Source: Cyanophora paradoxa CCMP329 | Taxonomy: Eukaryota; Plantae; Glaucophyta | Length of the DNA: 64,000 nucleotides | Direction of reading: 5' to 3' | Assembly: GCA_004431415.1 (NCBI GenBank) | Contig: QPMI01000457.1 | Location: forward strand, 1 to 64,000 | Part shown: positions 12,401 through 24,658 of the stretch, piece after piece | Layout: every line of letters begins with the position of its first letter | How positions within the stretch are numbered: the first letter of the stretch is position 1 | Notes under the pieces: generated by a model | Told to the model about the DNA's origin: nothing | Database searches by the model: none | What the model saw: the letters and a program-made list of their open reading frames with translations, nothing else | Translations under genes and position numbers: made by a program

Positions 12401-15400
12401 CTTCAGAGGAGCGGGAAACGGAGTCAGAGGGGCCGGGGGTAGAGACCTCGGGTGCGGTGCGGTAGGAGGCGACGGTGGCGGGGGTGGAGGCGGCGACGGA
12501 GGAGGGGGAGCCCAGGGGCGCACGCCCCGCCCCGAGCAGCCGCTGCCGCGGGGTGCGCTTCGCGCTCGCCGGCGTCGCCGGCTGCCTGCAGGCGGGCCGG
12601 TTAGGAAATGCGGCGGGGCGGGCGCGGGGTACGTGGCCGGCCCGCACTTGCGGAGGAGGCGGGCGGCCGCGGGGACGGCGGGGCGCTCGGGGCCCGCGGG
12701 CGGCGGAGGCGGCGCAGGAGCAGGCGGCGGCGCGGCGGCCTCGCCGTCCGCGCCCCGCTGCGTTTACCGTCAACGAAATGGACGGAGCAGAAGAGAGGGG
12801 GGTACGGCTACGGCGGCGTCGGAGTGGGCGAGGAGGGCGGCGAAGGGGCCGGCGGCGTCCCCCGCCAGCTCCGAGAAGGTCCCCGCCTGCGAGGAAGAGG
12901 AACGTGAAGGGGAGGAGGGAGGGAGGGGGGGTGGGGGAGGGGGGGGGGTACCTGGACGGCGCGCCCGGCCTGGAGGAGCAGCAGGCGGCGGGCGGGGGCG
13001 AGCAGGCGCAGGTGGTGGTGCGTCGCCACCACCCGCGTCTTCGAGCCTGCGCGGCGCCCGCCGAGGGCGCGTCAGGGGTGGCGGGACGAGATGGGGCGGG
13101 GGAGGGGCGAGGGGAGAGCTCGGAAGATGATTAGAAGCCGAAGGCAGGATAGGACAGGATAGGAAGCTGAGCAGGAGCTTGAAAAGCTTCGAGCTAAAAG
13201 GCTGAAAGCTACAAGCTAAGGAGAGCCTAGAGGAAGCCAAGAGGCTTGGAGATCGCTCGCCGAGGAGGCCGAGGACGGCGTCGCGGAAGACGCGCGTGGC
13301 CACGAGCGCGTCGCACGCCGACACCGGCTCGTCCAGCACGTAGGCGTCGGCGTCCGCGTAGACGGCCCGCGCCAGCGCCACACGCTGCCGCTGCCCCCCC
13401 GAGAGGTTCACGCCCTGTTTTGGGGGTAAGACGAGGAGGGTGGACTTGACGGGTACGCTTTCAAGAGACCTTCTCGCCGATCTCGGTCAGGTCCCCCGCG
13501 GGGAGCGTCGCCAGGTCGGGGCGCAGGCCTGCCCCACAGGGTGAGCGGGGTACGGCAGGCTCGACGGGGGTAGGCTCGCCGCAGGCGTCGATGGCGGCGC
13601 TGTAGCGGGCGGCGTCGAACGGCTCCCCGAATAGAACGTTCGCCCGCAGCGTCCTGCCGGGCGGCTCGGGCGGCGTGGAGGGGGGAGAGAGAGAGGACGG
13701 GGGGTACGCACGCGTTCTGGATCCAGGGCTCCTGGGAGACGTACGCGACGGAGAGGCCCCCGCACCGCGCCAGCGGCGGCCTGCAGCCGCTCAGGAGCCG
13801 AGAAGAGAGAGGCGGGGGTGGGGTACACGCACGGGGAGCCCGGGCGGGGCGCCTCGGGGTCGAGCTCGCCGAGGAGGGCGGCGAGGAGGGCCGACTTGCC
13901 GCTCCCCACGGGCCCCACCACCGCCACCAGCGACCCCCGCGCCACCTGCCGCCCGCCTGGTCAAGAGCAGGATGGGGCGGAGGGAGGGAGGGGTAGGCGC
14001 GCCTCGAGGGAGAGGGAGGAGAGGGCGAGGGGGCCGGGGGCGGGCGGGGCGCCCGGGGCGGCGGGGGGCGCGGCGCCCCAGCGGAAGGAGGCGTCGCGGA
14101 GAACGAAGGCGGGGGCCCCGGGGCCCGCCTCCAGGGCGGGTACAGGCGCCCCGTCCCGCGCCAGCAGCAGCCGCTGCACCCGCCGCCGCGACACGTTCGC
14201 CTGCGGACGGACGTTAACAGTGTTTGTTTTTTTTTGGGGGGGGAGGACGGGGGTACGCGCCTCGACGAGGCCGTTGACGACCCAGGGGAAGGCATTGATG
14301 GGGTGTACGAGCATCTGGAAGAGCGCCAGGGCGGGAAAGACCTGGGGCGGGGGATGAGGACGGGGGGAAGGAGCGGGGAGGGAGTAGGCGGACGGTGGCG
14401 GCGGTGAGGGAGCCGCCGCGTGCGGTGTGCCAGGCGAAGGCGGAGACGGAGATGAAGACGGGGGTGGTCACCCACAGGTACACGCACCTGCCCCGCCCCG
14501 CGCCCCGCGCCCCTCAGGGCCGGGTACGCAGAGAAAGAGAGGGGAGTACGGGCCAGGCGTCGAGGTACTTGCGGCCGGCGAGGGCGGCTAGCTCCTTCTC
14601 GCGCACCTGCGGGGGAGCGTCGGAGGGGGGCGGGACGGCATTCCCTAACACGGGGCACGCGCGTCGGCGATGCGGCGGCGGAAGTACGGCTCCAGCGCGA
14701 GCAGCTTCACGCTCCGCGCGCCCTGCAGGTGCCCTCAGGAGAGGGGGAGGGGGGGGGAAGCTGGCGGGGAGTACGGGGCCGGGCCTGGAGGGCCTCGAAG
14801 GTGAGCCTGACGCGGGCGTCGCGGCGGGCCATCATCTCCGCCGAGAGGGCCCCGATGCGCCCCGCGATCCACCGGTTCACCGGGATCAGCACCACGATTA
14901 CCACCACCCCGGCCAGCGCCGGCGGGCCCAGGCGCCCCGCCAGTAGGTACAGCGTCACACCGATCTGCGGGCGGGGCGTCGGGCGGAGGCGGGGGCGAGA
15001 AGGGAGGGGGTACGCGGGCGGACCTGGAAGGGGAGGGACCAGAACTCGTGGAACGAGCCGAAGGCGTTGATCACCCGGTCCACGTCTGGGGGGTACGGGA
15101 TTCAGAGGTGGAGGAGGGGAGCGGAAACTGCGCTGAAAAGGGGCACCCGTCGACATGTGGTTGATGATCTCGCCGCTGTCGGGCACGATGAGCATGGACG
15201 CAGGGAGGGGGAGGGGGGAGGGATGTAGGGGGGTACTCGCCTCGTGAAGGCGCCTCGCTCGCCGCTGGCGATGCTGAGCGACTTGCGGTACGCGGCCGTC
15301 GCCAGCGCCGACCGCACCCGCAGGTTCAGCCGGTTCACCTGAGCCGCGCGGCTCGGGGAGAGCGGGGGGGGCGGGCGGGGGCACGGGGGGCACGGGGGTA

Positions 15401-16497
15401 CCCGGTAGTCGTACTGCGAGTTGAGGAGCATGGAGAGGCCGGCGCCGCCGGCGAGGGCGAAGGCGAGGGCGTACCCCTGCCAGATAGGCGCCTCCTCGTC
15501 GTCCACGAAGACCACGAGCGACTCCAGCACGATGGGCCTGCGGGGTACGCGGCTCAGGGAGGGGGGGGGGGAATTGGGAGGGAGTTGTGCGGATACCCCA
15601 CGAAGCCGAGGGAGGCGGCGCCGAACTTGAGGAGCCCCAGGAGGTAGTACCCCCGCCCGATGAAGCGGTGGAGAGCGCGCACGAGGGCTCTACCCCCCCT
15701 TGGGGCCTCCTCCCTCCAGATCGCCTCGAACCGCTCCGCAACCGCTGGGAAGGGGGAACAAAGTGAGATGCACCGAGGGGTGCATGTCAGGCAGGCGGGG
15801 TACCGGCGGTGGAGTCCTCGGGGAAGAGGCGGAAGAGGTCGTCGGGCTCGAGGGGCTTGCTGTACCCCACCGTCACGAGGGGGGACACCCACGAGAAGGA
15901 GAGGCGGGAGAGGAGGCCCGAGGCGGCCCTCGCGACGTCCCTGTACTCCCCCGGGGCGCGGGGGCCCGCCCCCGGCAGCAGGGGCGTCCGCTCCGACGCG
16001 GGGCCGCGGCCGGGGGATGCGCCCTCGAGCTCCTGGTACGGCAGCGCGCCGAAGAAGAGGTGCGCGACCGCCGCCATCGCGGGGTACAGCGCCGCGTACG
16101 CCGGCGCGTCGGGCCGCCAGCGCCCCACGTAGACGAGAACCAGCGCGCCCCGCGCGGCCGCCGCGACAAGCGGCGCGAGCGGCCGCCTCTCCCTATACGC
16201 AACGACGCTCGCGGCGGCGCCGAGGACCCACGCCAACGCCAGCATCAGCTGGGGCCCGGGGCCTGGAACTGCGGCGATGCCGGGGACCGTCCCTAGCCAC
16301 GCAATCAGGGCGTGCGCGGCCGCCATGAGGGTGCTGATCGACAGCTCCATCGCCAGCGCGGCCTTCGCGAACAGCGGACGCTCGCTGGACGCGAGGCCGC
16401 TTTCCCGCCGCCGGAGCGCGAGCGCCACCTCCAGGAGGGCGCCCGCGAGGGCCGCAGCCGGCAGATACGACTGCCAGACATATACTGCCGCGCCCAT
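9459..16497 (-). CDS. ABC transporter subfamily C (MRP; ABCC10/MRP7-like), many introns
   Basis: L0 motif SRLSFSWVSPLVTVGYSKPLEPDDL. NBD1 has GPVGSGKS, LSGGQRQR and YVLDEP. TMD2 has FFEANPVGRIVNRF, VDDSLPF and RRLEGLTRSPIY. NBD2 has GRTGAGKS, NLSVGERQL, LVLDEATANVD and VAHRL. Confidence 0.95.
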
Positions 16498-16575
16498 CGC
16501 CCCCGGCGCTGCTGCAGCAGGGCCGCTAGGCGACCCGAGCGGCCAAGTTGCAACAATCAGTTTTTTTCGACAGCG

Positions 16576-16929
16576 ATGGCGGGTGCGCCTGCCCCTGCAG
16601 CTGCTCCCGCGGCCGTGCGGACGCATGCGCGCTGACGCTCCGGTGCAGAAGCATCGCTGGAGGACCTCGTGGCGCAGGCGTACCGCCAGATCAAGAATAG
16701 CGACTGGCTGGAGAAGAACCCGGCGACTGGGCCGCGCATCTTCACGCTGCCGCCAGAGACGTCGTCAGCAACGCCGACCGCCTCTGGCGAGGGCGACGCG
16801 AGCGGCGCAGCGTCCTCCAGCGCAGCCCCGGCCGCAAGCCCCGCGGCTGCAGAGCCGGGGCCGTCCCTGGACGATCTCCTGGATCAGCTTGTGACGGGCA
16901 TGCAGTCAGCCAACAAGTCGGAAACATGA
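16576..16929 (+). CDS. Small hypothetical protein (about 95 aa, 2 exons)
   Basis: ATG GCG G|GT..CAG then EASLEDLVAQAYRQIKNSDWLEKNP..SLDDLLDQLVTGMQSANKSET-stop; coding-like codon use. Confidence 0.55.
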
Positions 16930-18373
16930 GCGAGGCCGCGCCAAAGCATGTCAGCCTGAGCAATCCGTCCGGACGACGGAACCTAGCCGCTGGAGTCCAC
17001 CGGAAGCCGCTCAACGATTTAGGCGGCGCCCACAGCCAATTGCAGCGAAGCAGCGCTGCCGCGCATGTTGCAAGCGCTTGTCCGGCGGTCTTTTTGGCCG
17101 GCATCGAATTTTGCCGCGCCGCGACATCGGCCACGCGATAACAGCAGCTGCATAGCTTTCTATCAATGTTTTAGTCCTCCAAAGCAGCAGTAAGTGCACG
17201 CTTTCATGCCCTTCACGCTCTAGCTGGATGTCAAGTGTTATAGTGTCATGCTATAGCTAAGAACTCGACAATTGCCTCCACATACGCGGCGGGAGCGCTG
17301 GAGCGCCGGGAAGCGATAAGGGACGAAGGAAGAAGCCATAATCATTGAATTGCACTCATAAAATATCAGTCGAATGTGCACGTCACTGAGACAGCCGCTG
17401 AAAATTGAGCGGCCCGGCGGCACGCCTCCAATCCCCGCCCCGCGCGCAGGAGGCCACCGGATCGGAAGTATTGGAGGCAAAGACTTCCGATGCACCCCTT
17501 CATGCGCTGCTACAAAAGGATCCAGATCACGTCAGAAATGCGACCTAGGCCTGCCGGCCCGGGGCGAGGTCGAAAACGCGTTACCTGTTCTTGTCTGGCA
17601 CTGGAGGCGAGCACCATGCGCTTCCAGGGAACGAAGAACATGGCTGGCAGTCTGTTGTAGAGCTCCGGTAGCTCCAAGGGGCCGTTGCTGCAGCTGCAGA
17701 TCTAGACTTCATGATCATGATCATCGAAGCACGCCAGACGCGCCCTGCGAGGGGCGCGTTGGTTGAGGCAACCAAATCAGGGAAAGATGCGCAAGCACCC
17801 GATCTTGTTCTCGCATGAGCAACGACAGCGCTTGAGCGCGATGGGCGCGCGCGGAGCGCGCGGCATCTACACGCCCGCTAGTCGGCATATCCGTTCGATG
17901 AGATACGACTGCAGGTGCGTCAGAAAGATACAGGCGGCGATGCTATCTAACCCGCACCGCCGCGAGGCAGGCCAGCATATCAATCGAGAACTCCCGGCCC
18001 TCGCTCGTCTGGGCGTACTTGTACAGTTTCCAAGCGATCTGCCCGCATCGGCTGGGGCGTGAGCGCGTTCATCGGCTGCGCAGGAAGCGCCAGCGCCAGC
18101 GCACCCCGAGTATGGCCGCCATCTTTCCCGCACGGTCTTCCCGCGCGCGCCTCAATTCGTGGTTGTTTGGGCGGGATCGATTATTCGCGGCTGTCTGGTC
18201 CGCGCGCGCCTCGCTCAATTCGCGCCTCGCTCAATTACGGGGTACCGCGTCACTCGAGCTAGGTGTCACGACCAGTTGGCGCGAAAGCGGGAGGGCTCAG
18301 TAACCGCGGCAGTCTGCTGCGCCGTCAGCCTCGTCGTCACTAGTTTGACGAGACCCGCGCACGTCCGTTCACC

Positions 18374-19766
18374 ATGCCGAGCGATGGACCGCCCGTCTTC
18401 CCGTCATCCCAGAACCATGAGGAGGTGCGTCCCCTCGTCAGGCGCTCGCCCTAGCGTCTTAACGCCATCTGCGCGGCTGCTCGCCCCCCTGCGCGCCCGC
18501 CGCCGTTATCCCCGTTGACGCGTGCCGCACTCGTGCCGCCCCCACGCCGCAGCTGCGCGACGAGAATCCAGTGGTGCGTCATCCGCAGTCTTTCTTTGGG
18601 TCCTTGGACCGTCTTGCGCGGGCGCCGTCGCAAAGGAGGCCACGCCGACCCGCTCGTGCGCAGGGATTCAAGAACCGGCACGACCCTGGCTATCACAAGG
18701 ATTATGTGCGTGTAGATAACAACCAGATGCACTTTGAGCGGCGGAAGCAAATCCTGGAAAAGCACCCGGAGATTGCGAAGCTGCAGGGCTACGACCGGCA
18801 GTCCGCGTTCTGGATTGTCTTCATCATCGTCGCTCAGACTGCGCTTGCGTACTTCCTCAAGGACCAGACCAACTACTGGATTCTCTTCGGCGTCGCCTAC
18901 GTGCTCGGCGCGCCGCTCGTCCACGGCATGTGGGTGCTCGTGCACGACCTGACGCACAACTGCGTCTTCGCGTCCAAGTTCCAGAACATGTTCTGGCACC
19001 TCATCGCCAACCTCCCCATCCTCGTCCCCAGCACCATCTCCTTCCGCCACTACCACCTCATGCACCACTCCTACCTCAACGAGACTTACATGGACCCCGA
19101 CGTGGTCCGCTCCTTTCCCCTCCTTTTCCCGCGACGTCTCTGAGGCTCAGGGGCGGCGCAGCCGAGCCCGCTGGAGGCCAAGATCTTCGGGACGACGGCG
19201 CTGGGCAAGGCGACCTGGATGCTCGGCTTCGCGCTCTGGCAGGGGATCCGCATGGTCCGGTTCCGCGGCGCCGGCTCCTGGGACCGCTGGATCGCCCTCA
19301 ACTGGCTCTTCCAGGTCCGCCTCCGCCCCGCCCGCCTCCCCTCTCCTCCCGCCCGCCCACCCCTGAGCCTGCTGCACAGGCGACGTACATATACGCCATC
19401 TACCAGACCTGCGGCCTGGGCGCGCTCTTCTATATGTCGATCTCGTCGATCTTCGCCATCGGGCTGCACCCGCTGGGCGCCCGCTGGGTCGCCGAGCACT
19501 ACGCGACGGCCCCCGACCAGGAGACGTACAGCTACTACGGCCCGTCGAACATCATCGGGTTCAACATCGGGTACCACAATGAGCACCACGACCTGCCGCG
19601 GGTGCCGTGGTCGAAGCTGCCGGAGGTGCGGCGCATGGCGCCCGAGTTCTACGACAAGCTCGCGTGGCACGACTCGTACATCAAGATCATGCTGCGCTTC
19701 ATCTTCGACTCCAATTTCACCCTCAAGAGCCGCGTCGTCCGCTGGCCCAAGGAGAAGGCAAAGTGA
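18374..19766 (+). CDS. DEGS1: Sphingolipid delta-4 desaturase / C4-hydroxylase (DES1/DEGS family)
   Basis: N-terminal HFERRKQILEKHPEIAKLQG, three His boxes (HDLTH, HLMHH, HNEHH), and GLHPLGARWVAEH and ETYSYYGP motifs. Confidence 0.93.
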
Positions 19767-20069
19767 GCGAGCGGCCTTCAGCGAAGATCGGCCGAGTAGC
19801 GGCCCGGCCCGGCGGCCCTCGGAACGCGCGTCTGGAAGCCTGCCGTCAGCCAGGCACATTGAACCCCTTTGCTTCTTCTTCTTATTCTTATTTACGATTT
19901 AGACAGACAGCACATGCAGTTCAGTAATAGATTTGCAGATTTTTTTCATCGGTTTCCTTGTAAATGTCGCGGTGTGCACGTGATCCCACCTTTGCAGATG
20001 ATTTGACTCGTATGATTTGATTTGGTTTGAATGACACGGCACGCAAGGAGCCTGGAGCCTGCGCCACGG

Positions 20070-22798
20070 CTACGGCTGCGCGGGGGCGGCGGGCTCGGCG
20101 ATGCGGGCGAGCATGCGGAGGTGCTCCTCGACGGGGGCCAGCGAGTTCGCGACTATCAGACCCGACGCCGCCACCGCCGGCATCCCCACCCCTGAGCTCG
20201 GGTTCGGATCCGGGTCGGCGGGTTTTACGGGAACGGCGTACCTGGGAAGGCGGAGTCGCCGCAGGAGTAGAGGCCCTTGACGCCCGGGACGACGGCCTGG
20301 GGGAGGGGGAAGAAGCCCTCGGAGGCGCGGATGGCGGGGCCGTAGGAGCCCCGCGAGCGCCGCAGGTACCGCGCCTGCGTCAGCGGCGTCCCCACCAGCG
20401 CCACCTCCGCCCTGTACCCCGCCACATGAGAAGGGGGGGCAGAGGGGGCGGGGGGTACGGGACGCACCGGGAGCGGGCGTCGGGGACGGCCTTCTCGAGG
20501 GCGCGCCAGAGGACCTCGGCGCGGCGCTCCTTGAGGGCCCGGTACTCCTCCGAGCGGCGGTCCATCCCCGCGTACAGCCCGTGCGGCTCCGTCGCCGGCG
20601 TGTCTGCCCCGCCGGCGCCCGGCTCAGGCGAGGGGAGGGGGAGGAGGGAAGGGGGGGCGGACAGGCGTGGACGACGTGGCAGCCGGGCGGGGCGAGGCTC
20701 GGGTCGAGGAGGGAGGGGATGGAGACGAGCACCACGTTCTGCTCCCCCGTCAAGTCTGCGCGCCGGCCGTAGTTAGGAGCAGCGAGCGGCGGCGGGGTCG
20801 GGGATGGAGCGGGCGCGCCGTCCCAGTCGGCGACGACGGCGTGGTGGCAGGGCAGGTCCGCCGGCAGCTCGCCCCTGCGCATGCCCGCGCGGGGGGGAGA
20901 TGAGCGGAGGAGGGAGGGGAGATGATTAGGTGCGCCTTCTCCGCACCGGAGGCCGACGTGGAGGTGGACGAACGAGTCGAGCTCGGGGCGCGCCTCCACC
21001 TGCCGCCCCCGGGGGTACAGGTTTGAGATCTAGAGGAGGCCGGGGTGGGAGGGAGGGGCGGGGCCGGGGCTCGGGCTCGCCTGGCGCCTGCTGGACTCCG
21101 GGAGGGCCTCGGGGGGCAGCAGCTTCAACGTGTCCGGCGCGAACGCGTTGGAGACCACCGCCCGCCTCGCGCGGATCTGACGCGGACTCTAAGATCGAGA
21201 GGAGGGGGCGGGGGGCGCGGCGCTCGGGGCGCACCACGGCGCCCGAGCGGAGGCGGACGCCCGCGGCGCGGCCGCCCTCGACCATGATTTGATCCACGTG
21301 GGCGCCCGTGAGGATCCGCCCGCCCCGCTTCGTGACGCCCCGCGCCAGCGCCGCCACCAGCGCCGCCGAGCCGCCCTTCGGGAAGTCTGAGAGGGGAAGG
21401 AGTCGGGGACGGGTAGAAGGTTGGCGGGAGCGGGGGGGGGGGGGGGGGGGGGGGGGGGGTACCGAGGACGCAGTCGGGGCGGTAGAACTCGTGGAACATG
21501 AAGCACCTGGCGGGAGAGGGGTAGGGGTGAGCGAGGGCGGGGAGGGGTACAGCGTGGCGGTGCGGACATCTCGGCGCCGATGGTGCCCTTGGCGTCCATG
21601 CCGGAGAGGAGGAAGCAGAGGAGGTTGAGCCAGCGGCGGATGAACTTGTCCTGTACCCCCGCCGCGTCCAGGATCTTCTCGAAGGGGGAGGCCATGAGAG
21701 CGGCGGCGGGGCCGGCGGCGAGGGCGGAGCGGAGGCCCGGGAGGAGGAAGGGGGCGAGGGAGCGGGCGACGCCGGGGTCCAGGCGGATGGCGGCGGGGGG
21801 TACGGCGACGGAGGCGGCGGCGAGGGGCCGCATGAAGTCCTGCAGGCGGCGCCACTCGGCCTCGGCCGCGGGGCCGCTGACGGCGCGCAGGACGTCGATG
21901 AAGGCGTCCCCCCCGACGCCCGTCACGAAGGAGCCCTCGGGGATGTGCACGCCCCAGTCGCTGTACCTGCGCCCGTACCCCGGCCGTGAGCGGTGGGGCG
22001 CAAGAGAGACGGCGGTGGGAGAGAGCACGTGTAGCAGTCCACGGTCTCGCCGATGGCGTCGAGGACCTGCGGGGCTGCCGTTGAGGGGGCGGGACGGGGT
22101 GCAATGCCGGCGGGGGCGCCGCGGCGGGCGGGGCGGGCCTGGCGGAGGGGCGAGGGGGAGGGGGAGGAGATGCCGGAGAAGAGGGACGGGCCGCAGTCGA
22201 AGGTAAAGCCGTCGCGCTCGAAAGAGTGCGCCGCGCCGCCCAGCACCGTGTGACTGGACCAGACGCTTAGCTGAGACGCGCGCGTGGTGCGCGGGGAAGA
22301 CGGCGCAGCAGCGAACCTCTCGCACAGAGTTACTTGCAGGCCGTAGGAAGCGAGCAGCGCTGCGCACGCCGGGTCAGCGGTCGCCGCGCTCGGCACGTGC
22401 GCCCGGCGCCGTGAGCGCCGGCGGTCGCTCTGCAGCTTAATCGGCGGTCTTAATGCGTGCACACCCGCACAGCTCAGCCCGCCGATGCCGCCGCCGACCA
22501 CGACGACGTCTGTCTCCTCGACCTCGGCACTGGCGGCCGCGGCTGGTGCGGCCGCGTTCGCCCTCGCGACCGGAGCGGCCGCATGCGGATGCGCGGATGC
22601 GTGTTCTAGTATCCGCGCAGGCCGAGGCCGCCTCAAGGCCGGGCTGGAGCCGGCGAAGAAGCTGAGCCGCTGCAGACGTGCTGTCCGGGCTTGCGCACGC
22701 GGCTGGTGCTGGCTGGCCGCTTCGGGCAAGGCAAATGTCGATGGAGCGATGCGGGCGCGCTGTGCCAGCGGCGGCGCCGCCAGGAACGCGCTTTGCAT
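20070..22798 (-). CDS. Plastid-targeted FAD-dependent oxidoreductase of the CrtI/CRTISO (carotenoid isomerase-like) family
   Basis: Rossmann motif DVVVVGGGIGGLSCA, GGAAHSFERDGFTFDCGPSLFSG, FPKGGSAALVAAL, GTPLTQARYL and GDSAFPG|VGMPAVAASG. The transit peptide begins MQSAFLAA. Confidence 0.88.
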
Positions 22799-22828
22799 GC
22801 TCTCGGCCCGGGTATACTGCCAGATCAA

Positions 22829-24501
22829 ATGCCGGACTTGCAGGAGCTCGTCGATGTGCTGCGCGAGATCGGAAGGCGCCAGAACGCCGAGGTGCGCTTT
22901 TCACGTTTCCGCGCAGGCCGGCTGCCGCTTCCGCAAGCTCAGCTGACGACCTGCATTGTGCTCCGCCGCAGGCGCAGGCGCACGTGGGCGAACTTCGAGG
23001 CCTGCAAGCGGAGGTTGGAGCGCTGAGGAAAGGCAACGCAGCCCTCGCTGCCCGCGTCGCCGAGTTGGATGCCGCAGGGCAAAAGAGGTGCGGCCAAGAG
23101 CGCCATCCGGCGCCATGCCAACGCGTATGACGTGCAGCGCAGCGCGGCTGAGAGCAGCAGAGCGCTCGAGTCTGCCAACAGCAAGAACGCGTCGCTCGCA
23201 GCGGACCTGGAGCGCCTGCGGTCGGCCTCCGCTCGCGCTCCTCGCCGCCTCCCGCGCGGCGCTCGACGTGCGCTTTCCTCTCTCTGCAGGCTGCTCGTGG
23301 AGGGTAGAGACCGCGCGCTCCGCTCCGCTCGCGAGGCGCGCACCGCGGAGAGCTCGAGGCTGGAGGCGGCGCTGGAGGCGGCTCGCCGGGAAGCAGGGGA
23401 GGAGAGGGCGCGTGCGGACGTCGCCACAGCCGCCCTGAGAACCGCCGAAGAGGCCCGTGTCCCGTCCAGGCGGCTTCCACCGCCGCTGTCCGACTGTGGC
23501 GTGCGCAGGCGCTGGCCGGGGGGCGAAGGGAGCACGAGGTCTCGCAGGCGCAGGGGCAGCTGCGGGAGGCAGCGGAGCGGGCCGTGCGTCTCCTTCTGGT
23601 CCGTTCTGCTCGGTCTGCCTGACGAGCCCCTCGGGTGGAAGGCGCGGGAGGAGTCGGAGCGGCTGCGGGGCGAGAAGGGCGCCCTTGAGCGGAACCTTGA
23701 GGCGATGGTCCGCCCCCCGCGCTCCTTGCGCCGCTCTGGCGACGCCGCCAAAGCCCGCGCAGCAGGAGCAGCTGTCGCGGCTGGCGACGGAACTGCAGTT
23801 GGCGCGCTCGCCCTCGCACGATCGCGACGTCGCTATGGCCGAGGCCCGCCCCGCGTCCCAGGCGCGCGCGGCGCCGGCTCGCCCCAACCGCTTAGGCATT
23901 CTCGGCGCGAGGCGTTGCGTGCGCAGGAGGAGAGGGAGGAGGCGGCGTCGAGGGAGGGGCTTTTGGAGTTCCTGGAGCGCGAGCGGGCGCTGAGGGGCAG
24001 GGTGCCGCCCCGCCCCGCCCGGCTCCGCTTCAGGTTCTGGGCCGCCGACCCCGACGACGCGGCGCAGGCGGAGGCGGAGCTGGCGGAGGCGCGGGCGGAG
24101 TGCGCGCGGCTGCAGGCGGCGATCGAGCTCGAGGCGGCGCGCTCCGGCGTCCTCGCCCCCTTCCGCCCCGCGCCCGACGGCACGGGCTCCCGCTCCCCGC
24201 GGCCAGCCGCCGCCCCCGTGCGCCGGAGGCCGGCGCCCGCGGGCCCACCGCGCCGGCCGCTCAGTCCGGCTCCGAGTCGGAGGGCGCCCCACCCGCCCCC
24301 TCCTTCGAGCTGGTGTCTCCGGCCGAGCCGCGGAGGCCGGCGGCGGGGCGGCAGGCGGGGCGGGGCCCGGTGCGGCGCCCGGCGCCCTCGGGTCCCTCGC
24401 GGGACAAGGAGCAGAAGCGGCGGGCCTCCGGCTTCGGCAGCAGCGCCGGCGAGCGCGAGTCCTCTGCGCCCCCCGGCAGCATCTTCGATGACGAGTTCTG
24501 A
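22829..24501 (+). CDS. Hypothetical coiled-coil protein
   Basis: MPDLQELVDVLREIGRRQNAE|GT followed by E/R/A-rich exons (AEAELAEARAECARLQAAIELE); ends GSIFDDEF-TGA. Confidence 0.65.
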
Positions 24502-24658
24502 CGAAAGCGAGGAAAAGGACGGGAAAGAAAGCGGGGCCGCGGGCGTGCTGGCGGGGTAGATGCGCTGAAAGAATCGGACTTTGAATAGAGATACTTCGTA
24601 AGGGACGAGGGGGAGGGAGGGGCGGATCGATGGGGAAAGGACGGGGGCCGAGTCGAGC

